64,000 bases of DNA from Burkholderiales bacterium (GTDB lineage Bacteria; Pseudomonadota; Gammaproteobacteria; Burkholderiales; Burkholderiaceae_C). A model generated the notes under the pieces. The model worked only from the letters and a program-made list of their open reading frames with translations. It was not told where the DNA came from and did no database searches. Positions within the stretch are counted from its first letter, which is position 1, and every line of letters starts with the position of its first letter. Below are positions 39,995 to 50,071 of the stretch, piece by piece. The position numbers were made by a program, and so were the translations under genes. The stretch lies in the NCBI GenBank assembly GCA_016192425.1, contig JACPUE010000066.1, forward strand, positions 99,306-163,305. Direction: 5' to 3'.

Positions 39995-41275
39995 TCACCC
40001 AATCAGATCCAGCCCCGCCGCATCGGCCAGCGCATCGCCCAGCCCGCCTTCCTGGTGGCGCAGCATGTGGCCTGCCAACTGGTTCACGCCACCCTTGATG
40101 TGCAGCGTGACCGATTCGAGCTTCATGGCGTATTCGTTCACCCGCGCAAAGGGCCGGTAAAAGCCCAGCGTCAGCAGCGTGAGCATCAGGTTGCGCACGC
40201 GCAGCCAGACGAATGCGCGCACGCTCAGCGTGCAGCGAAAGCGGGCCACCTGGCTCACGCCGATGTTGTTCCACTGCAGCAGGAACATGCGCGCTTCGCG
40301 GTAGGCTCGCGCCGGGGCCGAGGCCAGCAGCAAGAGCATGAACAGCGCAATGAATCCGAACAGGAACACGAAGAACACCCACACCCCTGCGTTCTTGCCC
40401 AGGCCCGCCAGCAGTGCGACCGAGCCCCCCGCAGCCAGCGCCACCAGTGCTGCCATGCCCAGCACGCCCAGCACGCTCAGCAGGAACACGCCCACCGTGG
40501 TGAGCCAGATCTTGACGAAATCCATGTACACCGGCTTCCAGCGCCCGGCCTCGGCGCCCAGGTGGGTGCGCAGCACCAGCAGGCTTTTGTAGTTGTATTC
40601 CAGCCGGATGAAGCACAGCACAGAGAGCGCCACGCCCAGCAGCAGCAAACCCCACAGCGCTGGCGGCAGGGGCGGCATTGCGTGCCCTTTGCCGCCTTCG
40701 GCTGCGGGGGTGGCGCCATCCAGCGCCTCGGCCAGCGCTGGGGCCGCCCAACGCAGGCCAAAGACCACGCCAATCCACACCAGTGCAATGGCAAACACGG
40801 GCCAACTGGCGCTGTACACATCGCGCCACGAGGCCAGAAACTGCAGCCGCAGGCCGCGCCAGCGTGTGTTGCCCAGCCGGAACCGCATGGCGCTGGCCCA
40901 CAGGTAGGGTGCCAGCGCTGCGCCAGCCAGCACCAACAGAGCGGCGGCAGTGTCCTGCCGGGTGTTCACGGCGATCTTGTAGGCCAGCGTCAGCAGCACC
41001 AGCAGCACAAAGCCCTTGACCATCTTGCCTTGCGGGGCGGTGAATTCCAGCGGACTGTCGGCCACCAGGGTGTGGCCATAGAAGTACTGTGCCGTGCGGC
41101 GCCGCGCCCAGGGGGTGTACCACCCCAGGGTCACGATGCTCAGCAGCACGTTGACGATCCAGACGCGGAAATACTCCCCACCGCTGCCGGAAAACGCCAG
41201 CGGGTGGGCGTCGATCGATGCCGACGCCAAGGGTGCCGCCTGTGCCGAAGCATTGCTGCGGGGCTTGTGTTCCAT
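39995..41275 (-). CDS. DUF898 (YjgN-like) membrane protein
   Basis: Multi-TM protein. Typical partner of the M48 peptidase. Confidence 0.65.
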   Translation of the reverse strand: MEHKPRSNASAQAAPLASASIDAHPLAFSGSGGEYFRVWIVNVLLSIVTLGWYTPWARRRTAQYFYGHTLVADSPLEFTAPQGKMVKGFVLLVLLTLAYKIAVNTRQDTAAALLVLAGAALAPYLWASAMRFRLGNTRWRGLRLQFLASWRDVYSASWPVFAIALVWIGVVFGLRWAAPALAEALDGATPAAEGGKGHAMPPLPPALWGLLLLGVALSVLCFIRLEYNYKSLLVLRTHLGAEAGRWKPVYMDFVKIWLTTVGVFLLSVLGVLGMAALVALAAGGSVALLAGLGKNAGVWVFFVFLFGFIALFMLLLLASAPARAYREARMFLLQWNNIGVSQVARFRCTLSVRAFVWLRVRNLMLTLLTLGFYRPFARVNEYAMKLESVTLHIKGGVNQLAGHMLRHQEGGLGDALADAAGLDLIG

Positions 41276-41361
41276 GGTCTCCCTCCAGGATGGCCGGGCA
41301 GTGTAGCAGTGGAGGGTGGATTGTGATTTGAAAGCGCTCGCAGGGCATGTATCCACAGCGT

Positions 41362-41386
41362 GGGCAGCTATGGTTTTTGATGGTGC
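41362..41386 (+). repeat. AT-rich motif, half copy (intergenic)
   Basis: GGGCAGCTATGGTTTTTGATGG. Confidence 0.45.
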
Positions 41387-41394
41387 TGCCACGG

Positions 41395-41432
41395 CCCAGG
41401 CGCGCAGCGCCACAGGGGGGTGTCAGAATTTT
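41395..41432 (-). repeat. REP-like repeat, short terminal fragment
   Basis: Only …GCGCAGCGCCACAGGGGGGTG…. It sits next to an AT-rich motif copy. Confidence 0.5.
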
Positions 41433-42208
41433 TCCCAGGGCTGCAGGTAGCGCCACTGCCCTTCGGGCACCTTGGCCAGCGGCACGCGGCCGATGCGGAT
41501 GCGCTTGAGGGACAGCACCTGCAGGCCCACGGCCTCGCACATGGCCGGGATCTGGCCGGGGCGGATGCCCTTGAGTGCGAAGCGCAGCCGCGTTTCGTTC
41601 TGCCAGCTCACCTTGATGGGGGGCAGCGGCCGGCCGTTGAACGAGAGGCCATGGCAGAGCTTCTGCAGACCGCCTTCTGCGATCTGGCCTGCCACCTCGG
41701 CGATGCATTCCTGCTCCAGCGTTTCGATGTCCTCGGCCAGCTTGCGCGCGATGCGCTTGTCCTGCGTGTAGACCACGAGCCCGCTGGCCGGGGTGGGCAG
41801 CGGTGTGAAGCATTCAAGCTGCTTGAAATGGCGCAGCAGCACGCGGATGCCCGCGGCATCCTCGGGCAGGTGGCTCTGCGCGTTCAGCAGCGTGAGGGCG
41901 GAGGGTGCGCCCTGGCTGCGGCTGCCATGCGCGGCTGCGCCCGCGTCCAGCCCCAGCCCCGCTTCATAGCCCGGCGGCTTGTGCAGCAGCAGGGTGACGG
42001 GGGTGAGCGCCAGCAGGCTGGCGTCTTTCTCTACCGTCACCGCCTGGCCGGGGCGCACGCGTGCGCCAGGGAGTTCCACCACCTGGCCTTCCACGCGCAC
42101 AAAGCCGCCTTCGATGTACTGCTCGGCGGTGCTGCGCGAGCAGGCCAGTTGTTCGGCCACACGTTTGGCCAGGCGGATGTGGCTGGGGTCAGGGTTCTTG
42201 TCGGTCAT
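41423..42208 (-). CDS. rRNA pseudouridine synthase (RsuA/RluB family; S4 domain plus catalytic domain)
   Basis: S4-like N-terminus and the conserved …LLHKPPGY… segment. Confidence 0.75.
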   Translation of the reverse strand: MTDKNPDPSHIRLAKRVAEQLACSRSTAEQYIEGGFVRVEGQVVELPGARVRPGQAVTVEKDASLLALTPVTLLLHKPPGYEAGLGLDAGAAAHGSRSQGAPSALTLLNAQSHLPEDAAGIRVLLRHFKQLECFTPLPTPASGLVVYTQDKRIARKLAEDIETLEQECIAEVAGQIAEGGLQKLCHGLSFNGRPLPPIKVSWQNETRLRFALKGIRPGQIPAMCEAVGLQVLSLKRIRIGRVPLAKVPEGQWRYLQPWEKF

Positions 42209-42229
42209 CGAATGAAGAGGGTGGGGTGT

Positions 42230-43894
42230 TCAGTTGTTGCCGGGCTGCTGCGCGCGGATGCGCTCCACATGCGCGATCAGCGAGCGCTGGGCCAGCGGCC
42301 ACATGCGTGGCGGCACGTCGGCGTAAGCCAGTTCCACCCACTGCTCCACCGTGCCTTCGGGCAGTGCCTGCATGGCGGCGATGACCTTGGCCTCGCGCGC
42401 CAGGCGGTGGCCCTTGAGCTGGGCGATGGCGCCGCGTGCCTCGCCCAGCACATGGCCGTGCGCGGGCAGGATGAACGCCACGCCGTGTTCGGCGCAGAGC
42501 GCATCGAGCCGGTCGAGCGCGTCGAGGTAGTCGGCCATGTTGCCGTCGGGCGGGTTGATGATGGTGGTGCTGCCGTTGAGGATGTGGTCGCCACTGAACA
42601 GCAGGCCGTCCTCGCGCAGCAGCAGGCACACATGGTTGGCCGCGTGGCCCGGCGTGTGCACCACCTGCAGGGTGTGGGTGATTTCGCCGTCCAGCCCTTT
42701 GCCAGTAAGCGTGAGCAGCTCATTGTTTGATAGCGCCCGGTCGGGCGTGAACTGGCTGTCAGCGCGCGCCGTGGGGGCCGAGGGCAGGCCCAGGATGGGC
42801 GGCGTGGCGCGGCCCGCGCGCTGGCACATCTGCTGCAGCGGCTTGCTGCCTGGCGAGTGGTCGGGGTGCGAATGCGTGCATACGATCATGCGGATGTCGC
42901 CGCCCGCGGCGCGCCACAGGCGCTCCAGGTGCTCGACGTCTGCCGGGCCGGGGTCGATGGCGACGTAGCCCGTGGCCGGGTCGCCCACCAGGTAGCTGTT
43001 GGTGCCGGGGCCGGTCATCACGCCGGGGTTGGGGGCGGTCAGGCGCTGCACGTTCTTCAGCAGCGGCACGGCGCGCTCGCTCTGCCAGTCGAGCGGGTGG
43101 GCGATCTGCCCGTCGGGGCAAACCAGGGCCAGCTCGCCGAAGGGCATTTCGTCCTCCATGTAGCGCGCTTCCTTGCCATTGAGCAGGCCCGCGCGCGGGC
43201 AGCTCGTCCACAGCGGGGCTTCGCTCACGGCGCAGGCGGCCAGCACATCGTCCACGCGCGCGAAGGGCGCCAGCCGCTGCAGCGTGCGGATGGTCGGGAA
43301 GATCATGAAGAAGCCGCCGCCCGCGTGGCGCTCCAGGGCGTCCTGCGGGCGCACCCATTGGGGCTCGAACTGCTCGGCCTCGTCGGCCACGGGCGTCTGG
43401 CCTTCGGGCATGCGCGCCACCAGAAACGGCACATCAAAGCGCTTGGGCAGGTCGCGGTCGGTGATCCAGCGCGCCAGGGTGAACACCCCGTCGGCGGCCA
43501 GCCGCAGGCCGCGCGCCTGGCATTGTGCGGCGAACGGGGCCTGGCGGTCGAGCGCGGCGATGTCGTCGGCCCCGGCCCAGCGGCCATCGGCATGGCGCGC
43601 CAGCAGCACGCCCAGCTCCTCGAAGCTCTCGCGGATGGCGGCAATGGCCTCGGTGAGCTGTTCGTCGCCCTGCGTGGCGCGGCGTGCGGCGGCGTGGTGC
43701 GATTGTGTGTCCAGCGCGTCGATGCCGCCGCCGGGGAACACGTAGGCGCCCGGCGCAAAGCTGGCTTGCTGCGAGCGCCGCGTCATCAGCACCTCCAGCC
43801 CCTGCGCGCCATCGCGCAGCAGCAGCACGGTGGCGGCGTTCAGGGTGGGGACGGGGGGGCGGGGCGGGTGCAGGAGCTGGCTGGGGCGTGTCAT
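42230..43894 (-). CDS. NUDIX hydrolase fused to an MBL-fold metallo-hydrolase
   Basis: Nudix box …AIRESFEELGV…. C-terminal HSHPDH and HTPGH motifs. Confidence 0.7.
   Translation of the reverse strand: MTRPSQLLHPPRPPVPTLNAATVLLLRDGAQGLEVLMTRRSQQASFAPGAYVFPGGGIDALDTQSHHAAARRATQGDEQLTEAIAAIRESFEELGVLLARHADGRWAGADDIAALDRQAPFAAQCQARGLRLAADGVFTLARWITDRDLPKRFDVPFLVARMPEGQTPVADEAEQFEPQWVRPQDALERHAGGGFFMIFPTIRTLQRLAPFARVDDVLAACAVSEAPLWTSCPRAGLLNGKEARYMEDEMPFGELALVCPDGQIAHPLDWQSERAVPLLKNVQRLTAPNPGVMTGPGTNSYLVGDPATGYVAIDPGPADVEHLERLWRAAGGDIRMIVCTHSHPDHSPGSKPLQQMCQRAGRATPPILGLPSAPTARADSQFTPDRALSNNELLTLTGKGLDGEITHTLQVVHTPGHAANHVCLLLREDGLLFSGDHILNGSTTIINPPDGNMADYLDALDRLDALCAEHGVAFILPAHGHVLGEARGAIAQLKGHRLAREAKVIAAMQALPEGTVEQWVELAYADVPPRMWPLAQRSLIAHVERIRAQQPGNN
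42706..42738 (+). repeat. AT-rich motif copy inside the NUDIX–MBL gene
   Basis: AGTAAGCGTGAGCAGCTCATTGTTTGATAGCGC. Confidence 0.6.
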
Positions 43895-43907
43895 GAAGGC
43901 ATTATGA

Positions 43908-44034
43908 GCACCCCCCTGAGCGGCTGCGCCGCTTCCCCCCGCTCTCGCCTCGCGTTGCGAGGCGGGCAGGGGGACGCCGCCGGTGCGGCGGGGCGGCCCT
44001 TGCACGGCGGCCCTGGCCTGGAGCACGCCGGTAG
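43908..44034 (+). repeat. REP-like repeat, copy 5
   Basis: Same consensus. Confidence 0.8.
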
Positions 44035-44070
44035 CATGCGCTGTGGACGATGCGTGTCGATGGGCGGAAT

Positions 44071-44775
44071 TCAGCCTCGTGCCGGAATCTCCAGCCCGCG
44101 CTGCACGGCCGGCCGCTCGACGAAGGCCGCCAGCGCGCGCTGCACCTGCGGGAAGCGGTCGAACTCCACCAGTTCGCCCGCGCCATAAAAGCCCACCAGG
44201 TTGCGCACCCAGGGGAAGATGGCGATGTCGGCAATGGTGTATTCGTCGCCCATGACCCAGCGGCGGCCCGCCAGGCGCTGCTCCAGCACGCCGAGCAGGC
44301 GTTTGGATTCGGCCACGTAGCGGTCGCGCGGGCGCTTGTCCTCGTAGTCCTTGCCCGCGAACTTGTGGAAGAAGCCGAGCTGGCCGAACATCGGCCCCAC
44401 GCCGCCCATCTGCCACATCAGCCATTGCAGCGTCTCGAAGCGCGCGGTGGTGTCTGCGGGCAGAAAGCGCCCGCTTTTGCTCGCCAGGTACACCAGGATG
44501 GCGCCCGACTCGAACAGCGCAAAGGGTTTGCCGTCCGGGCCGTGCGGGTCGATGATGGCGGGGATCTTGTTGTTCGGGTTGAGCGAGAGGAACTCGGGCG
44601 AGAGCTGGTCGTTGGTATCGAAGCTCACCAGGTGCGGCTCGTAGGGCAGGCCGGTTTCCACCAGCATGATCGACACCTTCACGCCGTTGGGCGTGGGCAG
44701 GGAGTAGAGCTGGATGCGGTCCGGGTGCTGGGGCGGCCATTTGCGGGTGATGGGGAAAGCGCTCAGGTCATTCAT
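44071..44775 (-). CDS. glutathione S-transferase (Nu/YghU-like)
   Basis: GST N- and C-terminal domains. Confidence 0.8.
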   Translation of the reverse strand: MNDLSAFPITRKWPPQHPDRIQLYSLPTPNGVKVSIMLVETGLPYEPHLVSFDTNDQLSPEFLSLNPNNKIPAIIDPHGPDGKPFALFESGAILVYLASKSGRFLPADTTARFETLQWLMWQMGGVGPMFGQLGFFHKFAGKDYEDKRPRDRYVAESKRLLGVLEQRLAGRRWVMGDEYTIADIAIFPWVRNLVGFYGAGELVEFDRFPQVQRALAAFVERPAVQRGLEIPARG

Positions 44776-44854
44776 CGGAAAGCTCCTTGCGGAAAAAACA
44801 CAGCCGGACAAGGCACCGTGCCACGGTGCGGCGACAGCTACGATAATCCAAGCC

Positions 44855-45733
44855 ATGCAGATCCGCTTTACCAAGATGCAGGGTGCGGGCAATGACTTTG
44901 TCGTGCTCGACGAGACCCAGGAACGCCTGGGGCTCACGCCCGCGCATTACCGCTTTCTGGCCGACCGCCACTTCGGCGTGGGGGCCGACCAGATCCTGAC
45001 CGTGCGCCCCGCGCCTGCGCCGGGCCTGGACTTTGAATACGTGATCCACAACGCCGACGGCGGCGAGGTGGAGCAGTGCGGCAACGGCGCGCGCTGCTTT
45101 GCGCGCTATGTGCGCGACAAGGGGCTCACCGCCAAGGACCGCATCCGCGTGCAGACGCTGTCGGGCGTGATCGCACCCGAACTCACCCCCGACGGCCGCG
45201 TCACCGTGGACATGGGCCGCCCGCAGTTCGACCCGGCGCGCGTGCCCTTCGACGCTGCAGGCCTGGTGCCCGTGCCCCAGGGTTTGGGGCAAAAATGGCC
45301 TCTTGCGCTGGATGGGCAAGCGCAGGCAGCTACTGTTTTGATAGCGGTTGTCTCGATGGGCAACCCGCATGCCGTGCAACTGGTGGAGGACGTGGACACC
45401 GCCCCGGTGGCGCAGACCGGCCCGCTCATCGAGTGCCACACCCGTTTTCCGCAGCGCGTGAACGCGGGCTACCTGCAAGTGGTGGACCGCAGCCATGTGC
45501 GCCTGCGCGTGTACGAGCGCGGTGCGGGCGAAACCCTGGCCTGCGGTACCGGCGCCTGCGCGGCCGTGGCGGCGGGCATCCGCCTGGGGCTGCTCGATGC
45601 GCGCGTGGACGTGCAGACGCGCGGCGGCCTGGTCACCATCGCCTGGAGCGGCCAGGAGGCCGACTCCGTGTTCCTCACCGGCCCCGCCGTGACCGTGTTC
45701 GAAGGCCAGATCGACATTCCCGACGCACCATGA
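44855..45733 (+). CDS. dapF: diaminopimelate epimerase
   Basis: Collinear with E. coli DapF (…GNDF…VVSMGNPH…CGTGACA…). Confidence 0.9.
   Translation: MQIRFTKMQGAGNDFVVLDETQERLGLTPAHYRFLADRHFGVGADQILTVRPAPAPGLDFEYVIHNADGGEVEQCGNGARCFARYVRDKGLTAKDRIRVQTLSGVIAPELTPDGRVTVDMGRPQFDPARVPFDAAGLVPVPQGLGQKWPLALDGQAQAATVLIAVVSMGNPHAVQLVEDVDTAPVAQTGPLIECHTRFPQRVNAGYLQVVDRSHVRLRVYERGAGETLACGTGACAAVAAGIRLGLLDARVDVQTRGGLVTIAWSGQEADSVFLTGPAVTVFEGQIDIPDAP
45301..45347 (+). repeat. AT-rich motif copy inside dapF
   Basis: CTTGCGCT…CAAGCGCAGGCAGCTACTGTTTTGATAGCGG. Confidence 0.6.
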
Positions 45734-46455
45734 CCACCAGCAACGCCATCCCCCCCATCACCGAAGACGACATCGCCGAATACCTGCTGCGCACACCCGG
45801 CTTCTTCGAGCGCCATGCCGAGGTGTTGGCGGGCGTGCAGCTCACCAGCCCGCACGGCCAGCGCGCCGTGAGCCTGCAGGAGCGCCAGGCCGAAATGCTG
45901 CGCGAGAAGATCAAGGGCCTGGAGCAGCGCATCATCGAAATGGTGCGCCACGGCACCGAAAACGCCGCCATCGGCCAGAAGGTGCACCAGTGGACCGGTC
46001 GCCTGCTCGCCGTGCGCGACCCGTTCGACCTGCCCACCGAAGTGACCGAGAGCATCCGCGCCCTGTTTGACGTGCCCCTGGCCGCCGTGCGCGTGTGGGG
46101 CGTGGCCGGGCCCTACATCGACTGCGACTTTGCGCTGGGCGCCAGCGAAGATGCGCAGGCCTTTGCCAGCTCGCTGACCATGCCCTTCTGCGGCCCCAAC
46201 CTGGGCTTCGAGCCCACGCAGTGGCTGCCCCAGGCGCTGGTCACGCCCGAGGGCGAGACCGAACCCGTGGCGCACAGCGCCCAGTCCGTGGCCCTGCTGC
46301 CCCTGCGCGAAGGCCCCATCGACAGCGCCACCCCCGCCTTCGGTCTGCTGGTGCTGGGCTCGCCCGACCCCCAGCGCTTCGACGCCACCATGGGCACCGA
46401 CTTCCTCGCGCGCATGGCAGAACTCGCCAGCGCTGCCTTGCTGCGCTTGCGCTAG
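45730..46455 (+). CDS. yigA: DUF484 (YigA) family protein
   Basis: ATGA overlap with dapF. Conserved dapF–yigA–xerC synteny. Confidence 0.75.
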   Translation: MTTSNAIPPITEDDIAEYLLRTPGFFERHAEVLAGVQLTSPHGQRAVSLQERQAEMLREKIKGLEQRIIEMVRHGTENAAIGQKVHQWTGRLLAVRDPFDLPTEVTESIRALFDVPLAAVRVWGVAGPYIDCDFALGASEDAQAFASSLTMPFCGPNLGFEPTQWLPQALVTPEGETEPVAHSAQSVALLPLREGPIDSATPAFGLLVLGSPDPQRFDATMGTDFLARMAELASAALLRLR

Positions 46456-46462
46456 CGTGGAA

Positions 46463-46585
46463 CACCCCCCTGAGCGGCTGCGCCGCTTCCCCCCGCTCTC
46501 GCATCGCTGCGCGTTGCGGGCAGGGGGACGCCACCAGCGCGGCGGGACGGCCCTTGCGCGGTGGCCGCTGGCTTGGGCAGCGCTC
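46463..46585 (+). repeat. REP-like repeat, copy 6
   Basis: Same consensus. Between yigA and xerC. Confidence 0.8.
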
Positions 46586-46647
46586 ATGTTGCGGGTGGTT
46601 GGCGATGCTCCGTGTTGTGGAGCGATGAACCGATTGGCGCGAAAGGC

Positions 46648-47595
46648 ATGACCCCCGCGCCGCTGCCCCCCGAAGCCCTGCGCTACCTGGAGCATGTGCG
46701 CGTGGAAAAGCGCCTGGCCGCGCGCACCGTCACCCTGTACACGCTGGACCTGCAGCGCCTGCAGCAGGTGGCCGCGCAGGCGGGCCTGCCCCTGCTGCAA
46801 TTGCAGACCGCACACATTCGCCGCGCTGTGGCGCAGATGCATGCGGGCGGGCGCAGCGGGCGCGGCATTGCGCTCATCCTCTCGGGCTGGCGCGGCTTTT
46901 ACCTGTGGGCCGCACGCCAGGGGCTGACCGAGCACAACCCCGTGCAGGGTGTGCGTGCGCCCAAGGCCCCCAAGCCCTTGCCCAAGGCCCTGGACGTGGA
47001 TGATGCGGTGCGTCTGGCCGACCATGCCGAAGACGGCGCCGACCCCTGGCTGGAGGCGCGCGATGCCGCCATGGTCGAACTGCTGTACGGCTGCGGCCTG
47101 CGCGTGGGCGAGCTCGAAGGCCTGGACGTGGCCCCTGGCCCCGACACCGAGCGCCTGGGGCGCGGCTGGATCGACCTGCAGGCCGCCGAAGTGCATGTGC
47201 GCGGCAAAGGCAGCAAGCGCCGCAGCCTGCCCCTGGGTGCGGCGGCGCTGCAGGCGCTGCAGGCCTGGCTGGCACAGCGCGCCACGCCGTTTGCGCCCGG
47301 CCGGCTGGACGCTGCGCTGTTCCTGGGCCAGCGCGGCACGCGCCTGTCGGCCCAATCCATCTGGCTGCGCCTGCGCCAGCGCAGCCAGCAGGCCGGGCTG
47401 AGCACGCCGGTGCACCCGCACATGCTGCGCCACTCCTTTGCCAGCCACCTGCTGCAAAGCAGCGGCGACCTGCGCGCCGTGCAGGAGCTGCTGGGCCACG
47501 CCAGCATCACCACCACGCAGGTCTATACCCGGCTGGACTACCAGCACCTGGCCAAGGTGTACGACCAGGCGCACCCACGGGCGCGGCGCAAGTAG
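46648..47595 (+). CDS. xerC: site-specific tyrosine recombinase XerC
   Basis: R…HxxR…Y catalytic residues (…HMLRHSFASHLL…TTQVYT…). Confidence 0.85.
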   Translation: MTPAPLPPEALRYLEHVRVEKRLAARTVTLYTLDLQRLQQVAAQAGLPLLQLQTAHIRRAVAQMHAGGRSGRGIALILSGWRGFYLWAARQGLTEHNPVQGVRAPKAPKPLPKALDVDDAVRLADHAEDGADPWLEARDAAMVELLYGCGLRVGELEGLDVAPGPDTERLGRGWIDLQAAEVHVRGKGSKRRSLPLGAAALQALQAWLAQRATPFAPGRLDAALFLGQRGTRLSAQSIWLRLRQRSQQAGLSTPVHPHMLRHSFASHLLQSSGDLRAVQELLGHASITTTQVYTRLDYQHLAKVYDQAHPRARRK

Positions 47596-47620
47596 TCCAG
47601 GGGCAGGCGACAATCCGGCG

Positions 47621-48841
47621 ATGAAAACGATCCGACTCAAGCCCGGCAAAGAGCGCTCGCTGCAGCGCCGCCATCCCTGGATTTTTGAAAGCGCCATCGC
47701 CAAGGGCGGCGGCGACAGTGGCGAGACGGTGCGCGTGGAGTCGCACGAGGGCCAGTTTCTGGCCTGGGCGGCGTTCAGCCCGAGTTCGCGCATCCGAGCG
47801 CGGGTGTGGAGTTTTGACGAAGCGCAGCGTATTGATGCTCCGTTTTTTGTAGCTGCTTGCGCTCGTGCAGTAAGCGCTAGAGCCCGGTTTGATATACAAA
47901 GCGACGGTGTGCGCCTGGTGCACGGCGAGTCGGACGGTCTGCCCGGTCTGGTGGTGGACCGCTATGGCGACACGCTGGTCGCGCAGTTCACCAGCGCGGG
48001 CACGGAGCGCTGGAAGGGCGTGCTGGCCGATGCGCTCTTGCAGGCCACGGGCCTGGCGCGCCTGTACGAGCGCTCGGACGCCAGCGTGCGCCAGCTCGAA
48101 GGGCTGGAGAGCAGCACCGGCTGGCTGCGCGGCGGCCCGGCGGCCGGGGGTGAGGCGCCCCCGCTGGAGTTGGCGATCCACGAGCACCAGTGGCTTCTCA
48201 CGCTCAACATCGCCGAGGGCCACAAGACCGGTTTCTACCTGGACCAGCGCGACAGCCGCAAGCGTTTTGCCGACTGCGTGCAGCGCCTGGGGCTGCGCCG
48301 TGTGCTCAACTGCTATTGCTATACCGGGGGCTTTTCGGTGGCGGCGCTGGCGGGCCAGCGCGCGGCCGGGGTGGAGGACGGCGAGGTGGTGTCCATCGAC
48401 TCGTCTGGCCCGGCGCTGGAGCGCGCGCGCGCGCATGTGGCACTCAATGGCTTCGACGCCGCGCGTGCCACGTTTCTGGATGCCGACGTGAACGCCTCGC
48501 TGCGCCAGTTTCTGCGCGAAGGGCGGCGCTTTGACGCCATCGTGCTCGACCCGCCGAAGTTCGCCCCCACGGTCACGCACGCCGAACGCGCCGCGCGCGC
48601 CTACAAGGACATCAACCGCCTGGCGCTGCAGCTGCTGGAGCCCGGCGGTGTGCTCTACACCTTCTCGTGCTCGGGCGGCATCAGCGCCGACCTGTTCCAC
48701 AAGATCGTCGCATCGGCCGGGGCCGATGCCGGGGTGGATGGCTATATCCTGGAGCGCCTGGGTGGGGCGCCCGACCACCCCATGACACTGGAATTCCCCG
48801 AAGGGGAATACCTCAAGGGCCTGGCCGTGATGCGCAAGTGA
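47621..48841 (+). CDS. rlmI: 23S rRNA (cytosine1962-C5)-methyltransferase
   Basis: Collinear with E. coli RlmI (…HKTGFYLDQRD…RVLNCYCYTGGFSV…DPPKF…). Confidence 0.85.
   Translation: MKTIRLKPGKERSLQRRHPWIFESAIAKGGGDSGETVRVESHEGQFLAWAAFSPSSRIRARVWSFDEAQRIDAPFFVAACARAVSARARFDIQSDGVRLVHGESDGLPGLVVDRYGDTLVAQFTSAGTERWKGVLADALLQATGLARLYERSDASVRQLEGLESSTGWLRGGPAAGGEAPPLELAIHEHQWLLTLNIAEGHKTGFYLDQRDSRKRFADCVQRLGLRRVLNCYCYTGGFSVAALAGQRAAGVEDGEVVSIDSSGPALERARAHVALNGFDAARATFLDADVNASLRQFLREGRRFDAIVLDPPKFAPTVTHAERAARAYKDINRLALQLLEPGGVLYTFSCSGGISADLFHKIVASAGADAGVDGYILERLGGAPDHPMTLEFPEGEYLKGLAVMRK
47842..47897. repeat. AT-rich motif, inverted pair inside rlmI (in-frame)
   Basis: TTTTTTGTAGCTGCTTGCGCT-CGTGC-AGTAAGCGCTAGAGC…GGTTTGATATAC. 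Uses codons atypical for the host. Confidence 0.65.
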
Positions 48842-48846
48842 GCACG

Positions 48847-48897
48847 AATGCTATAAAAATAATAGCTGCTTGCGCATGATGTGAAAGCGCTAGAGGC
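48847..48897. repeat. AT-rich motif, inverted pair (intergenic, between rlmI and zigA)
   Basis: GCTATAAAAATAATAGCTGCTTGCGCATGATG…GAAAGCGCTAGAGGC. Confidence 0.7.
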
Positions 48898-48994
48898 ACA
48901 AATCACTCAAATTTCATACAGCCCCTGCGCACAGGGGCTTGACAGCTCGGCTACAGTTTTTGGGTTGTCTCCCGAATTTCTCCCAAGGCTTCTC

Positions 48995-50071
48995 ATGTCC
49001 CTCATCCCCGTCACCATCCTCACCGGTTTCCTGGGTTCGGGCAAGACCACCTTGCTCAAGCGTGTTCTGTCCGAAGTCCACGGCCAGAAGATCGCCGTCA
49101 TCGAAAACGAATTCGGCGAGGAGAACATCGACAACGACATCCTCGTGACCGACAGCGAGGAGCAGATCGTGCAGATGAGCAATGGCTGCATCTGCTGCAC
49201 CATCCGCGAAGACCTGCGCGAAACCCTGCAATTGCTGGCTGCCAAGCGTCGCAAGGGCATGCTGGCTTTTGACCGCGTGGTCATCGAGACCACGGGTCTG
49301 GCCGACCCCGGCCCGGTGGTGCAGACCTTCTTCATGGACGACGAGATCGCCGAAACCTACCTGGTGGACTCCATCCTCACCCTGGTGGACGCCAAGCATG
49401 CCCAGCAGCAGCTCGACGATCGCCAGGAGGCACGCCGCCAGGTGGGCTTTGCCGACCAGATCTTTCTGTCCAAGACCGATCTGGTCAGCGCCGAAGAGGT
49501 CGATGCGCTCACCCACCGCCTCAAGCACATGAACCCGCGTGCGCCGGTCAAGGCCGTGCACTTCGGCGAGGTGCCGCTCAGCGAGGTGCTGGACCTGCGT
49601 GGCTTCAACCTCAACGCCAAGCTGGACATCGACCCCGACTTCCTCAAAGAGGACGAGGACGACCACAGCCACTGCGGCCATGACCACGGACACCACCATC
49701 ACCACGACCATGCGCATGGCGAGCACTGCAGCCACCCCTCGCACCAGCATGGGCGCCACCACCACCACGATGACGACGTCAAGAGCTTCGTCTACCGTGC
49801 CGAGCGCGCCTTCGACCCGGCCAAGCTGGAAGACTTCCTGGGCGCCATCGTCAACATCTACGGCCCGCGCATGCTGCGCTACAAGGGTGTGCTGCACATG
49901 AAGGGCACCGAGCGCAAGGTCATCTTCCAGGGCGTGCACCAGCTCATGGGCAGCGACCTGGGGCCGCAGTGGGCCGAAGGTGAAAAGCGCCAGAGCAAGA
50001 TGGTGTTCATCGGCATCGAACTGCCGCGCGACATCCTGGAGCAGGGGCTGGACCAGTGCCTGACCGATTGA
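48995..50071 (+). CDS. zigA: COG0523 zinc-metallochaperone GTPase (ZigA/YeiR-like) with a His-rich tract
   Basis: GFLGSGKTTLL, CxCC (GCICCT), and a HCGHDHGHHHHHDHAHGEHCSHPSHQHGRHHHHDDD tract. Confidence 0.85.
   Translation: MSLIPVTILTGFLGSGKTTLLKRVLSEVHGQKIAVIENEFGEENIDNDILVTDSEEQIVQMSNGCICCTIREDLRETLQLLAAKRRKGMLAFDRVVIETTGLADPGPVVQTFFMDDEIAETYLVDSILTLVDAKHAQQQLDDRQEARRQVGFADQIFLSKTDLVSAEEVDALTHRLKHMNPRAPVKAVHFGEVPLSEVLDLRGFNLNAKLDIDPDFLKEDEDDHSHCGHDHGHHHHHDHAHGEHCSHPSHQHGRHHHHDDDVKSFVYRAERAFDPAKLEDFLGAIVNIYGPRMLRYKGVLHMKGTERKVIFQGVHQLMGSDLGPQWAEGEKRQSKMVFIGIELPRDILEQGLDQCLTD

Noticed and set aside
42230-44740. Single 836-aa protein.
   Set aside because: The N-terminal 280 aa are translations of a REP-like repeat and of the antisense strand of the gst gene. 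The real start is the ATG at 43894.
46648-47595. Tyrosine recombinase as a marker of a prophage or genomic island next to the REP copy.
   Set aside because: The conserved housekeeping synteny dapF–yigA–xerC–rlmI identifies it as chromosomal XerC. No phage genes or att-like duplications nearby.
48847-48897. Zur box upstream of zigA.
   Set aside because: The AT-rich palindrome here is a member of the window-wide motif family (GCTAT-N7-ATAGC) and does not match GTTATA-type Zur consensus sequences.
49670-49770. His-codon-rich tract as a slippage or low-complexity artefact.
   Set aside because: It lies in-frame in a COG0523 GTPase, where His-rich metal-binding stretches are characteristic.
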